Positions 22,060 through 32,169 of a DNA stretch of 57,145 bases are shown here, piece after piece. The notes beneath the pieces were generated by a model that saw nothing but the letters and a program-made list of their open reading frames with translations, had not been told where the DNA came from and did no database searches. Where the stretch lies: positions 1 to 57,145 of the IMG/VR virus record IMGVR_UViG_3300023110_001858; one strand, 5' to 3'. The translations under genes and the position numbers were made by a program. Position 1 is the stretch's first letter; every line of letters starts with the position of its first letter. The stretch comes from a virus (Duplodnaviria > Caudoviricetes).

Positions 22060-23314
22060 AAACTACATGCTCAAAGAGAGCAAAAACTTTTGTATGGCGC
22101 CGTGGGTGCATATGCACGTATGGCCAAATGGACGAGCCTTCCCTTGCTGTTTAAGTGATCCAGCATTAGATGATTACGGCAACACAAACATGAGTACAAT
22201 TAATGAATTGTGGAATAGTGAACTTGCTCGTAAACTTAGAAAAAACATGCTTGAAGACAAACCAACACAAACATGTCAAAGATGTTATGAGCTTGAAGCA
22301 GATGCAGATGCATATACACTAAGAAAAAACCTAAACAATAAGTTTGGTCATCATTTTGATAAAACTGCTGACACACTTGAAGATGGTACGCACAATGAGC
22401 CTAACTTTGGTTACATGGACTTTCGTTTTAGTAACTTATGTAACATGAAATGTCGTACATGTAGTCCTACTTTTAGCACAATGTGGTATGATGATTACAT
22501 TAAAAAGTTTGGACACGTGGCACCAGATGTTGCTAAGGCTAAATTTTTACAATTAAAAAATAAGCCCGGTTTTATGGACGAGCTTTGGCCATTGCTAGAC
22601 ACAGTTGAAGAAGTTTACTGGGCAGGTGGTGAACCACTTATTACAGACGTACACTGGGAAATTATGAATCACTGGGTAGAAACTGGACAAAGTGAAAATA
22701 TTACTATTAACTATACTACAAACTTTAGCCAACTAGAATACAAGCGTCAAAATATTATTGACTTGTGGAAAAAGTTTAAAACTGTTAACGTAGCAGCAAG
22801 TTTAGATGGTTGTTGGGATCGTGCTGAGTACATACGTGACGGAACTATATGGAACGATATTGTTAAGAACCGTGAACAGCTACTCAAAGAAGCACCTGAA
22901 GTAGACTTTTCTATTACTCCTACAGTTAGTATGATGAATGTATGGCACTTGCCAGATTTCCATATGGAATGGTTACATAAAGGACTAGTGTCGCCAGATG
23001 GGTTTAGGCTCAATAACTTACTTGATCCCAAATACTTCTGTATGCAAGTTTTGCCAAGTAGCTTTAAAGAAATAGTCACTGAAAAATGGGAAAACTATAT
23101 TGACGTTGTATCTAAACACCCAGACTTTCAAAATACAAAAGATCCAAATTGGTATGCAAGTGCACGTGGTACAGTAGAATTTTTAAACAAGCAAGACTTG
23201 TCTTACTTATTGCCTGAAACCCTGCGTGAATGGGAACTGTGGGACGGTGTTAGAAACCAAAAGTGGTATGAAGCATTGCCTGAACTTAAATTTTTAGAAG
23301 AATTCAAGGATTAA
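22049..23314 (+). CDS. Radical SAM protein with N-terminal twitch-like domain
   Basis: CNMKCRTC, AGGEP; N-terminal CMAPW...PCC...CQRCY. Confidence 0.9.
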   Translation: MIDKNYMLKESKNFCMAPWVHMHVWPNGRAFPCCLSDPALDDYGNTNMSTINELWNSELARKLRKNMLEDKPTQTCQRCYELEADADAYTLRKNLNNKFGHHFDKTADTLEDGTHNEPNFGYMDFRFSNLCNMKCRTCSPTFSTMWYDDYIKKFGHVAPDVAKAKFLQLKNKPGFMDELWPLLDTVEEVYWAGGEPLITDVHWEIMNHWVETGQSENITINYTTNFSQLEYKRQNIIDLWKKFKTVNVAASLDGCWDRAEYIRDGTIWNDIVKNREQLLKEAPEVDFSITPTVSMMNVWHLPDFHMEWLHKGLVSPDGFRLNNLLDPKYFCMQVLPSSFKEIVTEKWENYIDVVSKHPDFQNTKDPNWYASARGTVEFLNKQDLSYLLPETLREWELWDGVRNQKWYEALPELKFLEEFKD

Positions 23315-23315
23315 T

Positions 23316-25460
23316 ATGAACGAAAATACTGGCACATATCAAGAAGACCGTAGTACGCAAACATTAACAGTTATGCAAAAGTATGCAAGTCGTCCGCAGC
23401 GAGGACTGGAACAAATAGATGTTTCATATGATACAAATAGACAAACAACATTATGTTTTGTTATGTGTCCTGAATGGAACCCCGAGTTTCCACCATACAA
23501 CTTAGCAAAACTTGCAGGTATTGCAAAAAGTGCAGGATATAGATGTAAAAGTTATGACCTAAATATTGAAAGTTACAATGCATACATGGAAGAAAAATGG
23601 CCACTGGATGTAAATCCCTGGCATGGTCCATACGATTGGAAATGGATCGGAGAAACATACTGGAACGAGCTACATGAATTTGTACAGCCTATTTTAGACC
23701 GTGCTATTGACGATATTATAAAGTTTGGTCCTGATGTAGTTGGATTCAGTTTATACTATTGTAACATTGAAAGTGTTCATTATATGATAGAACAACTTAA
23801 AGAGCGCAATAGTAGCATTAAGATTTTAATTGGTGGACCCAATACACACTACAGTTATTTTGTTCCTAGAGAAGATTACGATTATGTTATTAATGGTGAA
23901 GGAGAAAAGCCATTATTAAAACTACTAGATGAAATCGAAAGTAGTAAAGAAATTGAATATACTGAGCGTAAAGACAATACTCTAATTATTCGTCAACCGG
24001 AAGAAAGTAGACTGGATTTAAGTAACATGCCATTTCCAGACTATACAGACTTTCCAATGGACAAGTATCGTTTCCCAAATGGTGCATTGTGTGCTATTAG
24101 CCGTGGGTGTGTTGCTAAATGTACATTTTGTGAGGAAACACACTACTACAAATATAGACAACGTACTGCAGTAAGCACACTAGAAGAAGTCAAGTTTATG
24201 TACGATAACTATGGTACAAATGTTTTTTACTTTACTGATAGTTTAGTAAATGGCAATTTACGTGAATTACGTGCATTTGTTGAAGGTGTCAAAAGTGAAG
24301 GCATGGACATTAAGTGGAGTGGTTATGCACGTTGTGATGGTCGTATGGATCTAGAATACATGCAAGCATTATATGATGGCGGATGCGAAGTTTTAAGTTA
24401 TGGTATTGAAAGTGGAAGTCAAAAAGTACTTGATGACATGGACAAAAAAGTAACTATTGAAGAAATGGAAGCAAACTTTAGAGATGGACACAAAGTTGGT
24501 ATAAGTGCAAACACTAGTTGGATTTGCGGTTTTCCAACAGAGCGTCCAGTTGACTTTGAAGACACACTTACATTTATGTGGCGTGTAAGAAACTTGGGAC
24601 TAATGAGTGTTGGACAAGGGCCTGGCTTTAGTGTTGGTGTTGATAGTATTGTTGGCCAAAATTTGGAAAAATTTGAATTAAGCTGTAACTATTATTACGA
24701 CCACTGGATTAGAAAAGACTTTACTGCTAGTATTGTGCACAAGATGCAAAAGCAAAAAATGTTTAGTATCTTTACTGACTTGCTAACAGATTTGCATCCT
24801 GATTGTAGTTTGCCAACACGTTGGAATTTGCGTGAGCGTCATTACAATATTGAGTTTACAAACCCTGACTTTACACGTGATATAGATTACAACTATCATG
24901 ACTTTGATTATAATATTATTGACACTGGACTTGAAGGACATGTTGGTAATTTTGCTAACAGCATTGCAAATGATATTTGGCCGTTTTTACGAGTTGTATG
25001 GAGAGCACGTGGTGGTTACAAATTAAAATTATTATTTGAGCCAGAATGGGAAAAGCAAGAGTGGGGAGAACGTGGAGCAGCACCATTAACAGCATCTTAT
25101 TTGTTTGACATAGATGATGATGGTAATTGGAAAGCTGATTTTAAATGGGACTATCAACAAACACATCTTGACTATAAGTGGAAAGACGAGTATTATATAG
25201 AAGATGGTATAGAATGTTATGCTCCTGAAACTTGGGGACCGGTTTGGGGCCTGGTTAACTTTTATGGCAATAATAGTAATGGTGCTGTAAGAGCACGTAG
25301 ACTTGCTTGGAAAGGTGATCCAACTTATGATGGTAGAGATCCGTGGGAAAGTTTTGACATGGAGCAGTTTTTGGAACGCAAAGAGCAATTTAAAGAAGAC
25401 CGTATGGTGGATTTAAGTTACTGGTACGAATGGCAGGGCGAAGGAAAATGGAATGTCTGA
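23316..25460 (+). CDS. Cobalamin-binding-domain radical SAM protein (class B-like) with long C-terminal extension
   Basis: PPYNLAKL, PDVVGFS, ILIGGP, GEGE (B12-binding domain pattern); SRGCVAKCTFC; YGIESGSQKVLDDMDK; GFPTE. Confidence 0.85.
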   Translation: MNENTGTYQEDRSTQTLTVMQKYASRPQRGLEQIDVSYDTNRQTTLCFVMCPEWNPEFPPYNLAKLAGIAKSAGYRCKSYDLNIESYNAYMEEKWPLDVNPWHGPYDWKWIGETYWNELHEFVQPILDRAIDDIIKFGPDVVGFSLYYCNIESVHYMIEQLKERNSSIKILIGGPNTHYSYFVPREDYDYVINGEGEKPLLKLLDEIESSKEIEYTERKDNTLIIRQPEESRLDLSNMPFPDYTDFPMDKYRFPNGALCAISRGCVAKCTFCEETHYYKYRQRTAVSTLEEVKFMYDNYGTNVFYFTDSLVNGNLRELRAFVEGVKSEGMDIKWSGYARCDGRMDLEYMQALYDGGCEVLSYGIESGSQKVLDDMDKKVTIEEMEANFRDGHKVGISANTSWICGFPTERPVDFEDTLTFMWRVRNLGLMSVGQGPGFSVGVDSIVGQNLEKFELSCNYYYDHWIRKDFTASIVHKMQKQKMFSIFTDLLTDLHPDCSLPTRWNLRERHYNIEFTNPDFTRDIDYNYHDFDYNIIDTGLEGHVGNFANSIANDIWPFLRVVWRARGGYKLKLLFEPEWEKQEWGERGAAPLTASYLFDIDDDGNWKADFKWDYQQTHLDYKWKDEYYIEDGIECYAPETWGPVWGLVNFYGNNSNGAVRARRLAWKGDPTYDGRDPWESFDMEQFLERKEQFKEDRMVDLSYWYEWQGEGKWNV

Positions 25461-26448
25461 ACTAGTAAAAATTATACAAGGCGGTGATCCATTTGTAAAC
25501 ATTACTTGGCAAGTAAGTAATTTATGTAACTTTAGATGTTCTTATTGTAATGAATGGAACTGGAACGGTAGCAACAAAAATTTAGATGCTGGTAAAGTAA
25601 AAGCAGGCTTGGACAAAATTATTGATTATGAATTGAGCAGAGGCTATACTAGACTAAAAGTATTTTTTAGTGGCGGTGAACCAGGGTATTGGAAGCCGCT
25701 TATACCTATTATAGAGCACATAAAAAATTCAGGAATGACAGAAGTTAAATTTGCAATTAATACCAACTTGAGTAACAAGCTCAGTTGGTGGGAAGAGCAT
25801 GTTGAATTATTTGACGATGTTGTTGCTAGTTATCATCCAGAATATGTAGACACTGATCACTATTTAAAAATATACAAGTTTTTAAGTGAACGTGTCAACT
25901 ATCTTTGTGGACGTATGATGATGCACGAGCCATGTTGGGATGAAGTTATTGAGTTTAGTAAACGTCTTAAAAGTGAATGTAACAATGAAGATTTAAACTG
26001 GCGCATTGAGTATGTTCCTATATTCGAAGAACTAAGTAACACAACCAGGCCATACAATTATAAAGATCCTGCACACAAAAAATTCTTAGAAGAAACAAAT
26101 TTAGAAGAAAGTATTAAACGTTATATACCTGCTAAAGCTAATGGCATGGGAAGTTTAGAAGTGTATGACGATGGAGAACAACGACCAATCAATTGCAATA
26201 GAATAGTAGCAGAAAACAGAAACTTTTTTAAAGGATGGAAATGTTTAATTCCAACAGAAAGTGTTTTTATTAATTGTGAAGGTAATATTGAAATGGGAAG
26301 TTGTGGAGTAATGCCAGCAGTTGGAAATCTATATGATCCCAACTTAGAACTTGACTTGCCAGAAAGTATAATATGTCCAAAGAGCCATTGTCACTGTGGT
26401 ACTGACATTTATATAACCAAATTTAAAAAAGGACATGAACATGCATAA
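25453..26448 (+). CDS. Radical SAM protein with C-terminal Cys-rich (twitch/SPASM-like) domain
   Basis: CNFRCSYC, SGGEP; C-terminal GWKC...GSCG...ICPKSHCHCGTD. Confidence 0.9.
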   Translation: MSELVKIIQGGDPFVNITWQVSNLCNFRCSYCNEWNWNGSNKNLDAGKVKAGLDKIIDYELSRGYTRLKVFFSGGEPGYWKPLIPIIEHIKNSGMTEVKFAINTNLSNKLSWWEEHVELFDDVVASYHPEYVDTDHYLKIYKFLSERVNYLCGRMMMHEPCWDEVIEFSKRLKSECNNEDLNWRIEYVPIFEELSNTTRPYNYKDPAHKKFLEETNLEESIKRYIPAKANGMGSLEVYDDGEQRPINCNRIVAENRNFFKGWKCLIPTESVFINCEGNIEMGSCGVMPAVGNLYDPNLELDLPESIICPKSHCHCGTDIYITKFKKGHEHA

Positions 26449-27655
26449 GAGCACATATTGTGTTTTACCTTATAACCATTTAAGCATTGACCCGGTAGGA
26501 CAAATTCGGCCTTGCTGTAACTATAACTTTCATCATGAAAAGTGGCCAGGCTGGAAATGGAAAAATGTTAAAGATGCTGAAACAGTTGATGAACTACTAG
26601 GCGGTCAAGCACACACAGAACTTAGAAAAGATATTGAAAACAATGTGCGACATGACTTTTGTAATCGTTGTTGGGTGTTAGAAGATGGTGGCGGTGACAG
26701 TTATCGTAACAGTTGGAACAATTACTTTCTAAAAACATCAGATGGTCCTTTTAAACAAGATTTAAGTATTGAATATTTGGAAATGACACTGGGCAATAAA
26801 TGTAATATCCAGTGTCGTATGTGCAATCCATGGAGTAGTAATCTCTGGGCTAAAGATATTGTTAATCATCCTGAACTAAACTACTGGAACACACGTGTTG
26901 ATGATGTTGACTTTGAGTGGTACAACAGTCCTGAGTTTGAACGTTTGTTAGAAAAAATTATTCCAACAGTTAAACATCTTAACATGCTTGGTGGAGAACC
27001 ATTGTTTAATGAGAAGTACTATGAAATATTACAACGTATTGTTGATAGTGGCCGTGCACATGAAGTAAGTTTACAATTTAATACAAACTTGTTAGCATTG
27101 CAAGATAAAAACTTTGACTTATGGCGTGAGTTTAAACATGTTGCAGCTAACATTAGTTGTGACGGAGTTGAAGGTGTAAACGAGTATGTTAGATATCCAG
27201 GAAAGTGGAGTAAATTTTTACGTAACTTGGATAAAATTACTGAATGGCAAAAAGAGATAGGTCAAGACCGACTTATACTGCAAATACACAGTACGTTAAG
27301 TAGTTTAACTTGGTTAAATCTAGGAGAGCTATTTAAGTGGACACAAACACTTCCGTTCGAATGGTTTAAACTACCGTTTATGATTCAAGTTAATCAGCCT
27401 CTATACATGGATGCAATACACTTGCCAGAAGAAATCAAACAACTGGGATACCAAAGACTTACTGAAGGTATGGAAGGGCCAGGTGTTGAAAAATGGCAAA
27501 AAGACAATATTGTAAGTTTAGTAGAACATGTCATGAACACCCAACGTGATCCTGCAATGTGGGACAAGTTTATTGAAGAAACTGACAAACTTGATCTTGT
27601 AAGAAACCAAAGTATTTTTAATTACATCCCAGAATTCCAGGATCACTGGAAATGA
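26435..27655 (+). CDS. Radical SAM protein with N-terminal twitch-like domain
   Basis: CNIQCRMC, LGGEP; N-terminal CVLPY...PCC...CNRCW. Confidence 0.9.
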   Translation: MNMHKSTYCVLPYNHLSIDPVGQIRPCCNYNFHHEKWPGWKWKNVKDAETVDELLGGQAHTELRKDIENNVRHDFCNRCWVLEDGGGDSYRNSWNNYFLKTSDGPFKQDLSIEYLEMTLGNKCNIQCRMCNPWSSNLWAKDIVNHPELNYWNTRVDDVDFEWYNSPEFERLLEKIIPTVKHLNMLGGEPLFNEKYYEILQRIVDSGRAHEVSLQFNTNLLALQDKNFDLWREFKHVAANISCDGVEGVNEYVRYPGKWSKFLRNLDKITEWQKEIGQDRLILQIHSTLSSLTWLNLGELFKWTQTLPFEWFKLPFMIQVNQPLYMDAIHLPEEIKQLGYQRLTEGMEGPGVEKWQKDNIVSLVEHVMNTQRDPAMWDKFIEETDKLDLVRNQSIFNYIPEFQDHWK

Positions 27656-28821
27656 AAATATTAACAGATAGTACTAACTGGATCCAGGATTTGCATGACA
27701 AGCCAGGGTTTATGACATCTGTGCTTACTGATGTTATTGATAGAAGTGTTTTTATTCTCAACACAGACTTTTCAATGCCCAACAGTTATGATAATGTTTT
27801 TAGTCAAAAAACTGTTTTTAAAAATATACGTCCACATATTGAAACACATTTAGATGATATCCGTGCTGGAAGAACAAAGCTAGTATTTTTAATGCAGGAC
27901 TTCTGGGCAACCAGACGTGAGGACGAAATTGATGAGGAAATCAACACTGGTTGTATACACACATATGACATTTACAATTGGATTTATCCACAATTAAAAG
28001 AGCTGGGAATTTTAGAGCACACTAGTTTCAGTGGCCCACTTAATACTGACAATGTAAAGCAACATGATGATTTTCCTATACATCAGTGGAATTATAGTTT
28101 TAGTATATACACTGAAGTAAAAAAACTCAACATTGAACTAAGCACCAAACATGATAAATTATTTTTGTGGTTAAACCGTCGTCCACGAGATCATAGAATT
28201 GTTGCATATTATTACATGCTTAAAGCAGGTCTTTTAAATGAAGACTTTGCTCACTATACATTTCATGCTTATGATGAAAACGATGCATTCGGTGATCCTG
28301 TTGAATTTTTGCGTACTGAAATAAGAAATATGTTTGGCGAAACACTGGAAATAAAACTACCACAGTGTCGAGATCCTTATTGGGACAAAGAACATGATCC
28401 AGAAATATATGGCAAGCAAGCACTGTTGGACTTTGATCAAATATATAAAAACTGTTGGATGCATGTTATTAGTGAATATAACTGCAACGATTTAAAGCCT
28501 TATATTGATGAAAAGATTGCAAAATCAATTGTACTTAAAAAGCCTTTTATTATATTTGGTGACAGAAGATTTTTAGCAGAACTGAAACGACATGGCTTCC
28601 GTACATTTGATGAATTTTGGGACGAAGGATATGATGAGTTACCAACCTATAACGAGCGAGCACAAGCGGCAGTAAACGTTATAGATTGGATTAAAGATAA
28701 CATTGATTGGAACAGCGAGTACTCTCAACGCATGTCAGAAATATTAGAACATAACTATCAACATTACTTTACAACTTATCGAGATGCAGAACTCAATAGA
28801 CTAATAGAGATATTTAAATGA
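27652..28821 (+). CDS. Hypothetical protein, possible GT-B/GT10-like glycosyltransferase
   Basis: FLWLNRRPRDHR and DEKIAKSIVLKKPFIIFG...GFRTF..WDEGYD resemble the EK..K....P..G motif of fucosyltransferase-like proteins; weak call. Confidence 0.45.
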   Translation: MKILTDSTNWIQDLHDKPGFMTSVLTDVIDRSVFILNTDFSMPNSYDNVFSQKTVFKNIRPHIETHLDDIRAGRTKLVFLMQDFWATRREDEIDEEINTGCIHTYDIYNWIYPQLKELGILEHTSFSGPLNTDNVKQHDDFPIHQWNYSFSIYTEVKKLNIELSTKHDKLFLWLNRRPRDHRIVAYYYMLKAGLLNEDFAHYTFHAYDENDAFGDPVEFLRTEIRNMFGETLEIKLPQCRDPYWDKEHDPEIYGKQALLDFDQIYKNCWMHVISEYNCNDLKPYIDEKIAKSIVLKKPFIIFGDRRFLAELKRHGFRTFDEFWDEGYDELPTYNERAQAAVNVIDWIKDNIDWNSEYSQRMSEILEHNYQHYFTTYRDAELNRLIEIFK

Positions 28822-29438
28822 ATTATTTAATTATGAGCCCTGCCAGATGTGGCAGTAGTTGGCTACAAACGACAATACTTGAAACATTAAAGCTCAATTA
28901 TGTTGCTGACTTTAATCCGGAAAATTATCCCAATTGGACAGCCGAGCAACTTGCATCACAAACAACACCATGGTGCGGTAAGTTATTTACGGATGAGATT
29001 GAAATATATAAAAAGCCTGTAGAATGGTGGCAAGAACATGCACATGTTGTTTTTATATACAGACAAGACATACTAGATCATTTTTTAAGTTTTATATTTG
29101 CAAGAACTAGTAAAGTGTTTAATATTATTGACAACGAGCAACAACCTGTGTATAGTAGTATTACTATACTAGAAGAAGACTATCAGTTCTATAAAAACAT
29201 TTGGGATAAGTTTACAAAGTTTACATTGCCTGAAGATGTAAAGACACTAACTTATGAAAACATGAAATCTGATATACATCAAATATTAGATAACCCAGCT
29301 GAAGTAACAATGAAAAAATTGTTAACATTTGAGCAAAAAGTCAAATTACTTAACACAAACATCAATGTGATAATTGATAGGTTGCAAGAAATTACAGGTA
29401 TAGAAAATATAAGAGAATACAAATGGCAACGTTATTAA
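28818..29438 (+). CDS. P-loop sulfotransferase-like protein
   Basis: N-terminal SPARCGSSWL (PSB-loop-like); IYRQDILDHFLS; LTYEN. Confidence 0.55.
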   Translation: MNYLIMSPARCGSSWLQTTILETLKLNYVADFNPENYPNWTAEQLASQTTPWCGKLFTDEIEIYKKPVEWWQEHAHVVFIYRQDILDHFLSFIFARTSKVFNIIDNEQQPVYSSITILEEDYQFYKNIWDKFTKFTLPEDVKTLTYENMKSDIHQILDNPAEVTMKKLLTFEQKVKLLNTNINVIIDRLQEITGIENIREYKWQRY

Positions 29439-30286
29439 CAGGTGCAAATGGTTTTATTGGATCACACTTAAGAAAACAAATAGACTGCGTTACAGTAGAT
29501 AGAATGAACTCAGACTACAATTTAGATTTGTCTGTTGCAAAGCAATGTGACGTACTACCTGATGACATTGATACAGTTATACACTTAGCAGCATTTAACA
29601 GTACTAAAAACTTTTACAGTACACCATTTAGTGTTATAGATAGTATTGTTACACCAACAATGAACTTGCTTAAACGCTATCCACATGCACATTTTGTATA
29701 CGCAGGAAGTAGCGAAGAATATGCTGGCACAGTTAATCTTGGCTGGGCTGATGTGCCTACATCTGAAGACGTTCCTCTATGTATTGAAGACATAACTAAT
29801 CCACGTTGGTGTTATGCTGCAGGAAAAATAGCAATGGAAAGTGCTGTTATAAGTCATAGTATACAAAATGACACTGACTATACTATATTACGTTTTCATA
29901 ATATATATGGCCCAGGACAACAAAACCATTTTATTCCAGAATTTATTGAAAGATTACATCAAGGGTCAGCAGTCTTATATGGACACACTGATACTAGAAG
30001 TTTCTGCTACATTGATGATGCTGTAAAACTAACACAAGAAGCTATAAAATATCCTAGAGAAACGTTTAACATCGGTTCTGACCGTGAAGTAAGTATACTT
30101 GAAGTAGCACACACAATTATGCAACTCATGGAAATCGATCTAGACAGTCTTAAATTACATGACAGTCCAGCTGGAAGTACTCCACGGCGTGCACCTGATA
30201 TAACAAAATTAATCAAGCATGTAGGAGAATTCGAGTTTACTAGTTTAAAACAAGGTCTTACTGAATGCATAACATCTTTATCTTAA
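29423..30286 (+). CDS. NAD-dependent NDP-sugar epimerase/dehydratase (extended SDR)
   Basis: TGANGFIGS, IHLAA, YAAGK (YxxxK), RFHNIYGPG, TRSFCYIDD. Confidence 0.9.
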   Translation: MATLLTGANGFIGSHLRKQIDCVTVDRMNSDYNLDLSVAKQCDVLPDDIDTVIHLAAFNSTKNFYSTPFSVIDSIVTPTMNLLKRYPHAHFVYAGSSEEYAGTVNLGWADVPTSEDVPLCIEDITNPRWCYAAGKIAMESAVISHSIQNDTDYTILRFHNIYGPGQQNHFIPEFIERLHQGSAVLYGHTDTRSFCYIDDAVKLTQEAIKYPRETFNIGSDREVSILEVAHTIMQLMEIDLDSLKLHDSPAGSTPRRAPDITKLIKHVGEFEFTSLKQGLTECITSLS

Positions 30287-30906
30287 CATTTCCTAGATCA
30301 GGTAGTACTGCATATTCAGGACTATTAATAAATGAATTAAAGTTGGATGACACCCATGGTAATGCACTTATGGTTACTGTAGAAGATGTCTCTTCAGAGT
30401 CATACAAACAGCAATTAAAAAACTATCAAACAGTGTATAGATATTTTCCCTGGAACGAATGGGACGAACACGGCGTGGTAGACTTTATGTATAATAATGT
30501 TACAGACTGCAGAATTTTGCTTAGAGAAATACAAGACTGGATACTAAGTAGATTGTTCTTGGAGCAAACAAAACAATATAACGTATATGATTCTCCTAAA
30601 ATAGATAAAAACGATATTAAGATAGATTTTTGTGATAACGATGTAATAGGATGGATTAACCTTATGTGTGATATGGCAGCAAAATTAGCCGAACTTGGTG
30701 AAAAATATCCAAAATTTCACACTGTAAGATATGAAGATATAAACTATCAAAACAGTAAGTTGCCCAAGCAGTGGGATAAAGATTTTAAAATAAGTAAATG
30801 TGTTAACTACGATAGACTGTTAGAGCAGTTAGATAAAAATAGAAAAACAAACAAATATTTTCAAGAATATTTAAACAAATTTTACAAGGATATGTTATGG
30901 TATTAA
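30265..30906 (+). CDS. P-loop sulfotransferase-like protein
   Basis: TFPRSGSTAY, LREIQDWILS, VRYED; paralog of 28818. Confidence 0.55.
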   Translation: MHNIFILTFPRSGSTAYSGLLINELKLDDTHGNALMVTVEDVSSESYKQQLKNYQTVYRYFPWNEWDEHGVVDFMYNNVTDCRILLREIQDWILSRLFLEQTKQYNVYDSPKIDKNDIKIDFCDNDVIGWINLMCDMAAKLAELGEKYPKFHTVRYEDINYQNSKLPKQWDKDFKISKCVNYDRLLEQLDKNRKTNKYFQEYLNKFYKDMLWY

Positions 30907-31427
30907 AAACAAGCGATAGTATGCTGGGTAAACAGGCTTTTTATCCTGCAGTTGAAGGACAGGTAAACCTAATAATGATTATTTGTAATCATTGTCCTTA
31001 TGTGTTATTTAGAATGCCAGCAATCAGTAAGTTGGTAAAAGATTATAAACATGATGTAAATATTGTTGCAGTAAACAGCAATGATGCAAGTCCTGAAACT
31101 GATGATAGCAATCCTGAAGATGCACCAGAGCACATGCCAGCGTTTGTGGAAAAGTGGGATTTACAGTGTCCTTATATTTTTGATGAAGACCAGAGCATTG
31201 CTGTTGCATATGGTGCTGTGTGTACACCTGAATTTTATGTAACTGATAAAAATGGAATTATTGTGTATCACGGTGAACTTGATCCCAGTCATACCAGTAA
31301 CAACATGGTACCAAATGGTAGTAGTTTACGACATGCGTTAGATTTAACACTAACCAACAAACCAATTAATTGGGCACCCAATCCTAGTTTTGGGTGTAGT
31401 GTAAAATGGAAAAATAATGAGAATTAG
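30897..31427 (+). CDS. Thioredoxin-fold redoxin (AhpC/TSA-like)
   Basis: CNHCPYV, VAVNSND, YGAVCTPEF, GCSVKW. Confidence 0.85.
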   Translation: MVLKTSDSMLGKQAFYPAVEGQVNLIMIICNHCPYVLFRMPAISKLVKDYKHDVNIVAVNSNDASPETDDSNPEDAPEHMPAFVEKWDLQCPYIFDEDQSIAVAYGAVCTPEFYVTDKNGIIVYHGELDPSHTSNNMVPNGSSLRHALDLTLTNKPINWAPNPSFGCSVKWKNNEN

Positions 31428-32169
31428 TAAAAAAACACGTAACGAAAATCTAATTAAATCCAATCAAGAAGCGTTATCTGACTTGGTTGATTTACTTCCA
31501 CAAGACCAGTGGATTAAAGATATAATTTATGATAATATTCCATATACAGTTACAGGTGTAGATGCATTGTATGACCTTGTTAAAACAGTAGAGAATATTG
31601 TTAAAAATAATATAACTGGTGATATTGTTGAATGTGGAGTGTATATGGGCGGGTCATGTAGATTAATAATGGACACGTTAAATTATTTAAATGATAAACG
31701 TAAAATTTGGATGTATGATACATATAACGGTGTTCCTGTTCCTGATGATTCTGACGTATACCATTGGGACGGAAAAGAAAACAAAAATATGAAAGAGTGG
31801 TTTGTTGAGGCAGGACATTATGATGACGGAAGCGGCACAACATGGTGTTATTCTAGCCTAGATGATGTTAAAGAAAATATTAGTAGTGTAAACTATCAGG
31901 GCGAGGTAGAATTCATTAAAGGTAAAGTGGAAGATACTATACCTGAAAATGGACCAAGTAACATTAGTTTATTAAGGATAGATGTTGATCTAGTTCAACC
32001 CACAATGCATGTATTAAAAAACTTTTATGATCGAACACAGCGTCATATTATTTTTGATGACTATGGATTTAATCCAACTTTGCGACATCAAGTTGATGTG
32101 TTTTTTGAAAATAATAACAATCCTTATATGTACAGAGTTGATAAAACAGTTAGACACGTGGTAAAGTAA
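31417..32169 (+). CDS. TylF/MycF/NovP-family sugar O-methyltransferase
   Basis: GDIVECGVYMGGS, MYDTYNGVP, IKGKVEDTIP, LLRIDVD, IIFDDY. Confidence 0.85.
   Translation: MRISKKTRNENLIKSNQEALSDLVDLLPQDQWIKDIIYDNIPYTVTGVDALYDLVKTVENIVKNNITGDIVECGVYMGGSCRLIMDTLNYLNDKRKIWMYDTYNGVPVPDDSDVYHWDGKENKNMKEWFVEAGHYDDGSGTTWCYSSLDDVKENISSVNYQGEVEFIKGKVEDTIPENGPSNISLLRIDVDLVQPTMHVLKNFYDRTQRHIIFDDYGFNPTLRHQVDVFFENNNNPYMYRVDKTVRHVVK

Noticed and set aside
17622-27655. Assigning specific names (moaA, pqqE, nirJ, anSME) to the radical SAM genes
   Set aside because: No pathway partners or target sulfatase in the window, and the domain order differs from those families.
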